This document shows positions 12,116 through 24,562 of a DNA stretch of 64,000 nucleotides, in pieces. Below the pieces are notes generated by a model, which searched no databases, had not been told where the DNA came from, and was given only the letters and a program-made list of their open reading frames with translations. The translations under genes and the position numbers were made by a program. The stretch covers positions 109,120,001 through 109,184,000 of the forward strand of contig CM126215.1 in assembly GCA_052327205.1 (NCBI GenBank), read 5' to 3'. Source of the stretch: Somniosus microcephalus. Taxonomy: Eukaryota. How positions within the stretch are numbered: position 1 is the first letter of the stretch; every line of letters begins with the position of its first letter.

Positions 12116-12597
12116 GATGTAGACACTGTAAAAAGTGGTAAAAATATTTATTCCATTCTCCTTTGATGAGATGTTACCACTATATACTAAATGAAAAAAA
12201 TAGGTGATTGTAAATATATTATTAGCAAATTACAAATAAAATAAATATGAAATATTTTGTCAGATTGTTGTTTGATATGTCTGATCACTTTTACTCTGCT
12301 GATAACAGTGGATGGCGTTCTCCTTGCTGAAGTAACTATGGTTGTGTTACAGCACACCCAACAGGCAGTGCCAAATAACACACAGCACTACTTCACTGCT
12401 GACCTTACTATGTAACACACAGAGACTTCCACAGATCAGCTTTGAAAAGGTAAACATAACTTTGTTCATTTCATTCCTTTAAAGCAGGGTTGAGTCAAAA
12501 GCCAAGTTACATTTTGCAAGGTTGGTAATTAATGCTGGAATTGGGATTTTTTGTCACATGAAAACATTCAATAGAGTAGGAGGAGAATGCTTTTACA

Positions 12598-12870
12598 CTG
12601 AAAGACATACTTAGATTTATATAGCACCAGATAACATTGTTAAAGTGTCTCAAAGTGCTTCACACATGATTTACGCTTGGCGTACAGTGAGTGCTGTTGT
12701 ATAGGCAACCACAACAACCAGCAACATTTCACAAGAACCAATGAGATGAATGATATGTTAACATTTTTTTGGTGATGTTGGTTGAGGGAGAAAATTTGGC
12801 TAGGGCACTGGGAGATGTCCCTGCCCTTCTTTGAAATACCAGCGTGAGATCTTGACGTCTACCTGAACTA
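12598..12870 (-). mobile_element. Degraded Deu-SINE
   Basis: Similar to the reverse complement of the 22090-22558 element. Confidence 0.5.
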
Positions 12871-13587
12871 GCAGGCAGGCTCTCTCCGCACGGATTACGT
12901 TAAACCACCTCCTCCCCCGGATCCCAACTATTCTACATGTTGCAGATGCAGGGTCTCAGAGCCAACCAGAGCGCTTGTTCACATCTGGCCCAGTATTTAT
13001 TTCAGTTTACATAGTTACACACACTGGGAATTAAGCTCAAGCACTCTACTTAGCCTTAGATTCTCAGCAAGTGTCAACTTGTATTGTGTTCATTCTCTCT
13101 TTCAAAACAGTTACTTAAAAAAAGAAACAAGATCTGCAAATAGTTTGCATTTGGCAGATTACATCAATGATATTTAGTGTTAGTAGGCTGTTTCTTTTCA
13201 TATCAATATTCAATTAAGTGCCGTGTTTTGATATTTTCACTTCTAAGAGAGTGAATCACATATGACTTGGGTTAACCACATTTTTTAATACACAAAAGCA
13301 GAAAATGTTTGAAATATATAGCAGGTCGATCATTTGAAAGGGAAAACTAGCTTATGCTTCAGGTGTAACCCTTCAAGAACTGGCATGGTCAGGCAATTTT
13401 TTTCGAATTGACACTTGCCTCCTAATTTTTCCCCTGCTTTATTTCCCCTCTCTTCATGGTGGGGTATGGTTCCATGGGTCCTAGCAGCCCTTTGGCACCT
13501 CATCTATCGTTTGTGACTGTCATTAGTGAATATGGGCAAAGTGTTTTGGGGGTTTACCACAGCCACGACTGATCCTGACTTTATGCA

Positions 13588-13712
13588 ACATAAGAAATAG
13601 GAGCAGGAGTCGGCCATTCAGCCCTTCGCACCTGCTTCGCCATTCAATAAGACCATGGCTCATCTTCTACCTCAACTCCACTTTCCCGCATTATCCCCAT
13701 ATCCCTTGGCTT
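13588..13712 (-). mobile_element. CR1 3' tail
   Basis: AACATAAGAAATAGGAGCAGGAGTCGGCCATTC. Confidence 0.75.
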
Positions 13713-13897
13713 CCAAGGACAGTCAACATGCTTACCGAGCTCTTTCAAAGCGTTTCATAGGCATGATGGGCTTCAAGCCTCTTTCTGTGCTGTAAGATTG
13801 ATTCTATAGAACTTTACATTTATAGCCAAGTGTGGCAGCCATTTTGCACACAGGAAGATTTTGCCAAGAACAATTAGATAGATGACCAGTTAATAGT

Positions 13898-14543
13898 ATA
13901 TTGGCCTTTATTACAAAAGGATTTGCGTATAAGAGTAAAGACGTCTTACTGCAATTATACAGGGCCCTGGTGAGACCACACCTGGAGTATTGTGTACAGT
14001 TTTGGTCTCCTTACCTAAGGAAGGATATACTTGCCATAGAGGGAGTGCAACAAAGGTTCGCTAGACTGATTTCTAGGATGGGGGGATTGTCCTATCAGGA
14101 GAGATTGAGTAGACTAAGCCTATATTCTCTGGATTTAGAAGAATGAGGGGTGATCTCACTGAAACATACAAAATTCTTACAGGGCTTGACAGGGTAGATG
14201 CAGGGAGGATGTTTCCCCTGGCTGGGGAGTCTAGAACCAGGGGTCACAGTCTCAGAATAAGGGGTCAGCCATTTCGGACTGAGATGAGGAGAAATTTCTT
14301 CACTCAGAGGAGTGAATCTTTGGAATTCTCTACCACAGAGGGCTGTGGAGGCTCAGTCGTTGAGTATATTCAAGACAGAGATCGATAGATTTTTGGATAT
14401 TAAGGGAATCAACGGATATGGGGATAGTGCAGGAAAGTGGGGTTGTGGTAGAAGATCAGCCATGGTCTTATTGAATGGCAGAGTAGGCTCGAGGGGACGA
14501 ATGGCCTACACCTGCTCCTATTTCTTATTTTCTTATGTTCTTA
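13898..14543 (+). mobile_element. CR1 LINE 3' portion
   Basis: LYRALVRPHLEYCVQFWSP and RRNFFTQR motifs; CR1 tail. Confidence 0.9.
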
Positions 14544-15778
14544 TTGACAGGGCAGTACTACCTCTGTACTGTACTGGAGTATCAGTCTAGTTTCTATGTT
14601 CTATGAGTGGACTTTGATGTGTAACGAGAGTGAAACTAACCAGAAATTTGGATGTTTGATGCTCAATGAACTTAGTCATCACTCATTTCAAGTATTAATC
14701 ACTCAGATTGCCCTCTTGTTATTGATTCATTGGGCTGGTATCAATTGTCATTAACTTTCAGCAGACTGTGTCTAAAGTTTGATTATGTGTAGCAGCTGAA
14801 TGTTTTTTTTGGATATGTGTAGTTCCCTCTAGAAAGGTTAACAACATGGCGAGTGGCCAACAAGGCGACACAATTCAGGATGTTTAATGGTCACTGGAAG
14901 AGATACCTTGTTAGTCTCAGATATCCTTGGACAGTTCTGCAGGAGGTTTGCATGTCTGCTCACATTCTCTGGCCTTGATTTTTAGCTGAATGCTTGATGC
15001 AAAGCCTTGGGGAGAGGGCAGATGAAGGAAGAAGAATGATTGTTCTCGCTCAATGTGTCTTTTGTCTACTTGGAGGAGTATGGATGGACATCTCTGTTTT
15101 GCAAGGTGAGAAAGATGATAAATAATCTCCACCACCCACCAAACGTTAAGGAGGACACTTATATGTTTTGACTTTGGTTTGAGATGTATTTGCTAAATCT
15201 GAATCAGATTTCCTCTCACCAGCACACTACACTAATAGAAAATCATTAATTGCAATGGGAATTGAATCTATATTGTCCATAGGTCACTAATTTACAAAAG
15301 AATTAGATGCATGCATTTACTAAATCAGCAATCGACTTTGAGAGAATTGGATGCAAGCCAGTCCACAAAGCCACCAGATATAAAGAAATCAACCACATCA
15401 AAATTGCCATTGAACACCAGGGAATGGCAGATATTCTGCCTCGCTAGATTGCGAGCAGACTCCAGGGAGTTAGACACGTGCAACTACCCAGCACTGGACC
15501 CCACAGATTGAACTGATTTCCCCACAGAGAGATAAAATAAAACAATGCTAACAATAAACTTGCAGAACCAAATGATACTGTGACCTCAGCCATGCAGAAG
15601 CTTCTCAGTAGGTTGTCCGTGCACACGTGCTGTGGAAAGATGGACGAGGTGGTAAGTGGCACACGCACAATTTGTCCCCACGTGGTCATGAATCACTATT
15701 TTATTTAGTACCTGAATGTAGTCCAAATTGGAATTCAGCCAGAGTCAGGCAGCTCTGGATTTTCATTAAATAATCCAA

Positions 15779-16091
15779 AGTGGTTAGCACTGTTGCCTCA
15801 CAGCGCCAGGGACCCGGGTTCGAATCCGGCCTCGGGTGACTGTCTGTGTGGAGTTTGCACATTCTCCCCGTGTTTGCGTGGGTTTCCTCCGGGTGCTCCG
15901 GTTTCCTCCCACAGTCCAAAGATGTGCGGGTTAGGTTGATTGGCTGTGATAAATTGACCCTTAGTGTTAGGGGGATTAAATACATGGGGTTACGGGGATC
16001 GGGTGGGATATGTGTCGGTGCAGGCTCGATGGGCCGAAATGGCCTCTATCTGCACTGTGGGGTTTCTGTGATTTCTGTGATTTCTGTGATT
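15779..16091 (+). mobile_element. HE1 (V-SINE) element, 5'-clipped
   Basis: tRNA B box GGTTCGAATCC; V-domain GGGTTTCCTCCGGGTGCTCCGGTTTCCTCCCAC; CR1-like tail with GATTTCTGT repeats; near-identical to 32081-32438. Confidence 0.9.
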
Positions 16092-16852
16092 GGGATCGGT
16101 TTGCATCTGACCTTCCGATCCGACACTCATCCCAAATGCCTCCTTTAGTAAGCCCACAATCATTAAGAAACATAAAACTGAAGCACTCGCAGTAAATTTA
16201 AGCCTGTATCAGAACTTGCCATTTCACTTATTCCAAGTGCAGGGAACATCACCATAGCTGGTACTCTTGCAATCACGTCTGTACATGTGCAGTGGCGTAT
16301 GTTCAAGAATGTGCAGCAGGATATATTACGATAATAAATTCTGTTTTGATGGCTTATAAATCCAGTCGGTGCCGATCCAAAACGCGATACCTTGCCTTTA
16401 TTGGGTACAGCTAAAATCAATTCAAAAAATCATATTTCTTTTAATGCTGGGGCTGTATGGCTTTATTTTATTGGGGCCCATTTCTTGCGTGGCGTCCCCG
16501 AAGTTCCATAAAGTTGAGGGAGTCTCCTAAAATCTTTGCCAAACACTTCAATGCAATTTATTGGGTCCCTTTCAACTGCACGCTAAAAATATGCAGTCTG
16601 AAAAATGTACGATGCTGGCCGAAGACTTCACCTGGTACAATTCCCACTGCTTCCACAAAGACGCCAGATGGCGTCATTACTGTACCTGTGGAGAGCTGGT
16701 GCATGCTCTAGCATGTGAGATCATCGTGACGGCTCTAGCAAGGAATGTTTTCAAGAGCGAGCACCACTCCCATTTTTTTCTCATAAAAATAGAAAATGCT
16801 GGAAACACTCAGCAGGTCAGGCAGCATCTGTGGAGAGAGAAACAGAGTTAAC

Positions 16853-17430
16853 GGGGGTAACTGTAACCACAAAATATGGGTGGGCCATTAAAATTTTTAA
16901 AAATCTCAAACCTGACCCCAACCCGCCCACTTCTGGTTTTAACGGAGGTGGGTCAGAGGGGCAGGTGACCAACCCACTCCCAGGAGGCGGGTTGGCCATT
17001 TAGATATTAGATTGAGGCTGGGAGCCTCACATTTAACCTGTCCTCCAGGTTTAACCCTGGCTGGCCGGGTTTCCCAGGCTTTGGAAAACCCGGCAGCTAA
17101 AGGGAGGCGAGGACTGCTTCATGGAAAAGGTAAGTGCCTTTACAGCACTGCTTGTGGGCCAAGAGGGGCAGGAGTGCTTCCTCCCGGCCCACCAAGCTTG
17201 CCATCTGCCCCTGCCCACCATCGGACACACCCCCACCCCCATCCAAAGCCCCCCCGGGATCGGGATTCGAACCCCCCCTCCGTCAGGGTTCCGGAACCCC
17301 CCGCCACGCCACACTAACGCAGCGGCAAACTCCCTACCTGCTCCTGGGGCTGCCAACTCCTCCAGAGCCTTCCCCGCCCGACCGGGAGCCAAGGCTGTCA
17401 ATCCGAACCTGTGAGTGCAAATGCCACTAA
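16853..17430. mobile_element. Probable non-autonomous DNA transposon fragment
   Basis: G-rich terminus GGGGGTAACTGTAAC and GC-rich subterminal motifs; other end not found. Confidence 0.3.
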
Positions 17431-17493
17431 AAAGTCAACTCGCACGTGCACACCACATTTCCTAAAATGCAGCAATCGAAAACAGGACTTTTA

Positions 17494-18110
17494 GGCCTGG
17501 ATTTTCCTAGGGTTTATTTTTTTTCCCCACCAGATGTGCAGCGAGCTGGATTTTGACCGGCCGCTATGAACCAGCAGTCGCCTCCGCGTCACTTTCCTGG
17601 GTTGTGGTCGATTACATGTGTAGGATAGGCTCCCAGCGCTTTCTCCACACTGCAGAGGGAGTCCGCCACTGCACAGAGGAAACTGTTCTGGTATTGGGTC
17701 CGACCAATGTAAAAAGGGCATAAAGCCTCCTCAATATGCTAACAGTACAGTGTAACATTGCTCTTAACGAGCCCTTCTGTAACTGAGCTGCCAGGGACGA
17801 TTTCTGCCCCCACCTGCCGCAACAGTTCCCCACCACCACCTCCTTCTTACTGCCCTTGTTCTCCCTGGGTGGCACAGAAGTGGGAAGGAAGGACAAATCG
17901 GCTGGAGGTAGAAGTCCTACCCTTTCAACACCATTAACATGTGTCAGGGCAGGCAAAGGGTGGGCAACTGACATCGGTGCCAGTGGGCTGGGGAGGGAGT
18001 GAGGAAAATGTTGCCGGTTCATTTTACAGGTGGCGATGTGCCAGTTGGCTTCCCTGCCCCATTTTCCTCCGCTCGGAAATGGGGCAGTTTCCTAAAGGAA
18101 AATCCAGCCC
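17494..18110. mobile_element. Harbinger/Tourist-like MITE
   Basis: TIR GGCCTGGATTTTCC / GGAAAATCCAGCCC flanked by TTA on both sides. Confidence 0.7.
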
Positions 18111-19020
18111 TTACCATCAATGATTGATTATCAAAGTTAGTGGGCAGCCACTTCCAAAACCAGAGAGGTGCTCACCCTAGTCGGCAGTCCTGTAACGTTG
18201 ATGCAGAAATTGCTGTCAAAGGTCGATTGGAATCACTTTTACTTCAAGTGCCGATAGAGATCAGGAAAGGTTCCTATAATCGTGCCTCTTTTCTGCCCAC
18301 TTTTATACCGATTTCTGGTTTGTGCCCAGTTCACAAGATCGCAAAACAACCCACTTTGGCTCATCAATCCGGAAAAATAAACTAGAATCATACACCATAG
18401 AAGGAGGCCACTCGGCCCAGCGTGCCTGTGCCGACTTTCTGAAAGAGCTGTCCAATTAGTCCCACTCCCTCTGCTCTTTCCCCAGAGCCCTGTAGCCCCA
18501 TCACCTGTCCCAATCCCGTACTGTGCCATCTAACCATAGATTGAATGAATGTACCGTTTTAGCTTCTGCTACCCTGCCCTGCAGAATTGGGCAGAACTTA
18601 CCTTTCACTGGATTCCCATTTGGAAGCTCTGAAGGCGCTCGGAGTCTCTGTTCTGTAAGTTAGTGCCTCCGAGGTCACGTGCGGCCGAAAATCAGCTGAA
18701 ACCCAGGCATTCCTATTTAAAAAAGAAACGGACCTTTGCTACCAAATTTAAGATAAAAAAAAGAAACAAGCAGTCCATTAAAAAAAGCACAGTCTTGCCA
18801 AAAAAAAGGATGGGTGGCAACCCCATAATTGCATAATAGGCCGCCTTATTATTTTTAGTGCTGCATATTCTAAGTGGCATTGTGGGCCTTGGAAGCCAGA
18901 AATTCTTGAATGCAAACAGAGGCCTACCCAGGGGGTATTGAACTTGGCAGAGGCCATGCAAAACAGTCATAATAATCCCAGTAGCAACGTAAGGCAACTC
19001 TTGAGTTTTAGTACAAAAAG

Positions 19021-19185
19021 AAAATACTGCAGATGCTGGAAATCTGAAATAAAAACAGAAAATGCTGGAGATACTCAGCAGGTCAGGCAGCGTCTGAGGT
19101 CATCTACCTGAAACGTTAACTCTGTTTTTCTCTTCACAGACGCTGCCTGGCCTGCTGAGTATCTCCAGCATTTTCTGTTTTTATT
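19021..19185. repeat. Palindromic element made of two inverted Penelope pseudo-LTR tails
   Basis: 49-bp arms 19048-19096 and 19137-19185 with one mismatch; same sequence as the Penelope tail at 11460-11530. Confidence 0.8.
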
Positions 19186-19960
19186 ACTTGAGTTTTAGTG
19201 TTCTTTTCTCTGCATTTTCTTACGCCATGTTTACACCGATGGTAACCCTGGCTTTGCTGTAACGTAAATGAGGCCGAGTTGCTGCCTCCAGGTGAACCAC
19301 GAAGGAGGTGTTTATCGCTGGTAATTTGGAGATGGTAGTACTCCTATTAGTCAAAATAAACACTGCGGACGGAGATAAGGGTGGCCATCTTTACTGCCCA
19401 CCAACAGGTCATTTCATTCGGCCAGTATGGCTTTTCTGTCGCTGGCCTGTAAGGGTTCTTCATGTCCCTTGTACACCAAGCTGTACACCAAAATTCACCA
19501 TAACGCTGATGCTGCTAACACCTGATACTGACTCACAAGCAGCAAAGCTTGAATGAGAACGCTCAGCTACAAAAGAAGCTGATGACAGTATATGGACTTT
19601 GATAAAACCATGTTTACGGCAGGTGGGAGATGAATAAATACTGTACGTGAATAGTTATGGATTCTCTCATCGCGCAGTGGGTAAAGGAACTGGCTGGAGC
19701 GATGCTGACATACAGAATGGGAGCTGCTGCCACTGGGAAATGCTGGACCAGCAAGTAAGATGAGGTTGAGAATTGTGGAGGTGATTTATAATCCTGCTCT
19801 CCCAGTTGGGATCCGCACTTGCAAGGATCATGGGTCGGAGAACTGGGGCTAGAGTGGGAGCGCGAGATTGTGTAATCACCCCATGTGACTTTAGAACAGC
19901 GTGACTATACAAATGATTGTGTTGTTTTTGAAGCAGTTCTGTGGTATAAATAGGCATCAT

Positions 19961-20500
19961 GGGGGAAAAATTCGATTGCTTTGCGCCTCCCGTTAGTGCC
20001 CTAAGAAATTCAGTGGGAGGTTAGCGACGGTGGTAACCGGTAGCGCCCCGCGGTGCTGCGCCACCGGTGATTACGTCATTGCCGTGCACAGCACACCGCT
20101 CGCGCCCCGGCCGCAATCTTCGGGAGCACCCCCTGACTTATCGCCGGACGCTATGTCTGACGGGGATAGGGGGGGCCTACCTGCGGCCGGGGTGGCGCTA
20201 TTTAAAGGCGAGGTGCCGGGTGGCCATTTTTGTTGCTGGCCGCCTGCCAGCATCTGCCTCCGCTCCCGTCCCCGGCCTCCTTACCTGCCCCCCCCCCGCG
20301 GAGTGCCGGCTGCGCTCCAAGAGACCGGCACTTCTCTTGAGTGCCGGGCGCTTTTGCCAGCACTCCTGATCCGCGGGGGCCCAGCTGGGCCCCGGGTCGT
20401 GCTGCGCAAGGCCCCTCCCCTTTAAGAAGGGGAGGAAGGCCTGCAATACCGCAGCACATAGTGCCGCGATATTCCCTCGCAGCGCCCCAAGAGGGAAGTG
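19961..20500. mobile_element. Truncated Harbinger MITE relative
   Basis: Starts GGGGGAAAAATTCGATTGCTTTGCGCCTCCCGTTAG like 7766; CTATTTAAAGGC and CCCCTTTAAG motifs; right TIR not found. Confidence 0.6.
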
Positions 20501-21719
20501 GGCCGCTTCCAGTAGCCATATGTCTTACACCGTTCTCTGACCAATGAAGTAAATGAGCACCCAGCTTTCAGTCCCCTTTAAGTAGTTGGTTGCTAGGAGG
20601 TAGATGGAAGCTGGATTGCTTGACTCTCTAATTTTCCCTCCTTCTTTCTGTCTGAATATGTATCTCGTTTCTGCTGGGTGCCTGTTAGACAGTGTGCCCA
20701 AGATCAGGAACGCAGTGCATGGAAACTCTGTGGGCCCCCTAAATTAGTGTGCTAACATCCTGCACCAGTGGTCTAAAATTTGCAGTTATTCTAAGCCCAC
20801 AAATCTCAAACACAATGATCCCTGGGATGATGCGCTGTCTGATTTTACCCATCTCCCTGTGAAGGAGCATCTAGCTTGAACTGAGCACCTCCCCATATAA
20901 CTGCCCAACCCTCTCAATCAGGAAGTGGCTGTTTTGGAGATCATGAGTGTACTCTTTTGCCACTTCACCTTTCAATTTTCTTTTCTTCCCACCGTTCCTG
21001 AAGGAGCTGAGTCTTGCTGGGCTACAGTCCTAAGGACATTGGTAACCTTTGGCACTTCACTCAAGGCCATTCTGATTTCTCAGCAGGGGTCACTGAATAG
21101 CAATCAGGAGGGGGCTAATTGCCCTTTCCCTAGCCTTGTGGTGTTGAAGCCAATTGCGGTACTCCTACTGCCAGTCAGGCGGAGATCTTTTAATGGGCAT
21201 TGTTCTGAAGTTGTGTATCAATGTTTGGAATCATATAACACATGTGTAGTGACTATCCTAATAAAAAATGCACTTTTAAAAAGTTAAAACGTCTCATCTT
21301 ATCACAGGAGGAGTATTTTATTACCTGCGAAGATTTGCTCTCCCTGTCATGAGTCCAAGCTGAATGTCAAACCACACCTGGCATAATGGTGCTGGTAATA
21401 AATTTCATGATCCCAACAGCAAAACTTTGAATGGGGAAGTTTGCCAACAGTATAAGCTGATGATAGCATATAGAGTAAGCTTTGCAAGGTTGTGCTGCTG
21501 GCACGGAGCCTCACTCAAAGATAGCGCAGATTGTAGGATTAGGCCTGGAGACCACGTTGCTGCCGATTTTCTAGTGATTCATTTTAAAGATGGGGAAGTC
21601 ATAAACACTGCGAATTGGCCATGCTGAGCTCTCTGCCTGGTTCTCTGATCAGCATTTGCAGAGGTTAAGGCTCTCGTCAGGTGTGAGGCTTCCAAACTAC
21701 ACCCTTATATATTTAGTTA

Positions 21720-22015
21720 CCACTGCCCTGAGGGCTCACTGGGTGAATGCACAGCCTGCTGTGATACTTAACCACATGGAGCTGAAAGGTGTAGATTCAA
21801 AACCTTGCTCTGTGCTGGATTAGCTAAACTGTACCATGGCACCAGTACGGGCATTCCCTATTAGTGTCCATGGTCTTAAGCCTAGTTCCTGATCTCTGTC
21901 GAATGGTGCCTGCTGGAAAGTGTGCATGTTATGGAGCATAAGTGAGGACAACATCGGTTTCTTCTGTGATGCCTCATGGCCAAATAGCCTGCCAACATTC
22001 ACGTGTAAATAAAAC
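21720..22015 (+). repeat. Ancient dispersed SINE-like repeat (unassigned)
   Basis: CTGCTGGAAAGTG...GTGAGGAC...CTGTGATG...AATAGCCTGCC motif recurs in degraded form near 28750-28860 (+) and 46060-46150 (-). Confidence 0.35.
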
Positions 22016-22089
22016 CCACTCGGCTGAGGGACCAGAGGACTGGCGATGTTGTGGAATCTTACCCCAGTATATATTGCTGTCTTCAGGAT

Positions 22090-22558
22090 GTCAGCCATGG
22101 CTCAGTGGGTAGTACACTCACCTCTGAGTCAGAAGGTTGTGGGTTTAAGTCCCACTCCAGAGACTTGAGCACAAAAATCTAGGCTGACACTCCAGTGAAG
22201 TACTGAGGGAGCGCTGCACTGTCGGAGGTGCTGCCTTTTGGATGAGACGTTAAACCGAGGCCCCGTCTGCCCTCTCAGGTGGACGTGAAAGATCCCATGG
22301 CACAATTTCGAAGAAGAGTAGGGGAGTTATCCCCGGTGTCCTGGCCAATATTTATCCCTTAATCAACATCGCTAAAAAAACAGATTATCTGGTCATTATC
22401 ACATTGCTGTTTGTGGGACCTTGCTGTGTGCAATTTGGCTGTAGTGTTTCCCGCATTACAACAGTGACTACACTTCAAAATGTACTTCATTGGCTGTAAG
22501 GCACTTTGGGATGTCCGATGGTCGTGAAAGGTGCTATATAAATGCAAGTCTTTCTTTC
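22090..22558 (+). mobile_element. Deu-SINE (SacSINE1-like), full length
   Basis: tRNA head; Deu-type domain (AAAGATCCCATGGCAC...GTGTCCTGGCCAATATTTATCCC); tail AAATGCAAGTCTTTCTTTC. Confidence 0.85.
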
Positions 22559-23524
22559 AAGAGTGGAGAAAATTGGGAGGGAAAGAAGGGATCAGTTACT
22601 TCCTTAGACATACAAGAGCAGTAACTATAAGACTCTGCTTTTGGGATGGAGCCTGACGGCTTCTACCCTATAATAGCTAAGTTAACAATAGACCAGAAAT
22701 GTGATAATCCAAGTTAAACATAAACACCCGATTATAACAGTTAGTGACAGTTAAGGGGGATGGGGCTTCCGGAGTACAATTGGTCGTGTGGCAGAGGTGA
22801 TTAGTTCCTGGAAAAACTTGCCCCAGCTTAGAACGATATAGTCAGCTTCGACTAGCAGAGTAGCAGTGAGTATTACGGCTGAAGTCACAATGAATCTGAT
22901 CTGGCAGATCTACAGTACAGCCACTTTATTTTTTATTAAACCTGTAGATTAGATTTGATTCCTCATTTATGAGTGAAACACTCATCACGTTAGTTTCAAA
23001 AATCTGGAGAGTAGGTTACAGCTTGATGAATGTATAAATTACTTTTGCAGTTTAAATTATCATCTGAATCCCACGATTGTGCGAGACCCATCCACCTTCC
23101 TGCACTCCACATAAAATGTGCAGTATTTGAACCACATCCACACTGCATTCCTTTGTACTTCCTGTTCAGGAGTGCCACGCAGATGTAAGCTTTCATCTAT
23201 TTCACAAAAGGATTAGATAGTGACTCAACAGAAAGCTCGGACTAGTGCCAGACAAGCAATACTATCATAGATTTATTTGAGTGTACGTCTAAAATTTTAT
23301 TGCTTGGCTCTACAGTCTCTTTTTGCAAAATGCACAAAATCTAATAGGTATTTTCTTCAGGTCAGTACAATAACTGAACCTTATTGGTTTCAGAGACACT
23401 TAATTTCTTCCCCTTCATCCCCCCCCCCACCCATTATTAGAAATTAGAGGGATGCTCTCCATCTGTTTATGAATATTACATTGTTGAGGATTTTAAGATG
23501 GCTCACCAGTTCCTTCAGATATCT

Positions 23525-23935
23525 GGTAGCATTCTCACCTCTTGAGTCAGGAGATTGTGCATTCAAGTCCCACTCCCGACACTTGAGCACATACTTTAGG
23601 CTGACACTTCATTGGAGTCATGAGGGACTGTCTTTCAGATGAGATGTTAAACTGAGGCCCTGTCAGCCCTTTCAGGTGAATGTAAAAGATTCCATGGCAC
23701 TATTTGAAGAATAGCAGGGAAGTTATCCTAGTGTCCTTGCCAATATTCATCCCTCAACCACTATCACTAAAACAGATTTTCGAGTCATTTATCTCATGGG
23801 ACCTTGCTGTGAGCAAATTGGCTGCTGCATTTCCAGACATTACAATGACTACAGTTCAAAAAAATCTGTGAATTGCTTTGGGATGTCTTCAGTGCTTGAA
23901 TGGTGCTATATAAATGGAAGTTCTTTCATTCTTTT
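23525..23935 (+). mobile_element. Deu-SINE, older copy
   Basis: Diverged match to 22090-22558. Confidence 0.75.
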
Positions 23936-24562
23936 CTTTACATTAGCATCCAGAAAAACTTCAATAATTAAAAGATAACTTGCATAGATATTAAACAAAC
24001 TTTATTTTTCTCCCATCAGAAACAAGCTAATTAGGGCTTGTATGTATAAGTCTACGGCCTAGAAATTCAGTTGGCTGCGCCAGCCGTTAGCGCCTTAGGA
24101 GGAGCAGATCTCGAGCGCTAGGCGCTTAGCGCCCGGGCACAGCGCGATCTGCGCCTCGCCCCAACTTCAGTAGACATTTAGCGCCGACGCAAAGTCTTTG
24201 CGCGCGCTCATCTGCGCGCGCAGATCATGACGTCATTTTGTCGTGCAACGCCCTTTGTGCGCCCGGAACCGGAACTTCACTCGCGCCGCCCCATTGTGCG
24301 CCGGGCGGCCCTAACGACTGTTGAGTGGAACGGTACACAGCCGAGGCGGGCCGCGGGGAGCGCAAATTAAAGGGCACTTACCCTGCACTATAAAGGGCAG
24401 CCATTTTGCAGCATTCACTCTTGTGCAACGGATTTTTGGAGAGAGACCAAGGAAGAGAGCTTACTGCTTTGGCCCAACACTAGGACAGGTATTTTTGGCT
24501 TCAGGCCAGAGCTTTGCAATTATCTTTGCCTTCATTGAGATCTCAGTGTTTGCCAGCATATT

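Noticed and set aside
16997-17430. Cluster of Pro/Gly-rich ORFs
   Set aside because: Artefact of GC-rich repeat sequence; the same applies to 20030-20547
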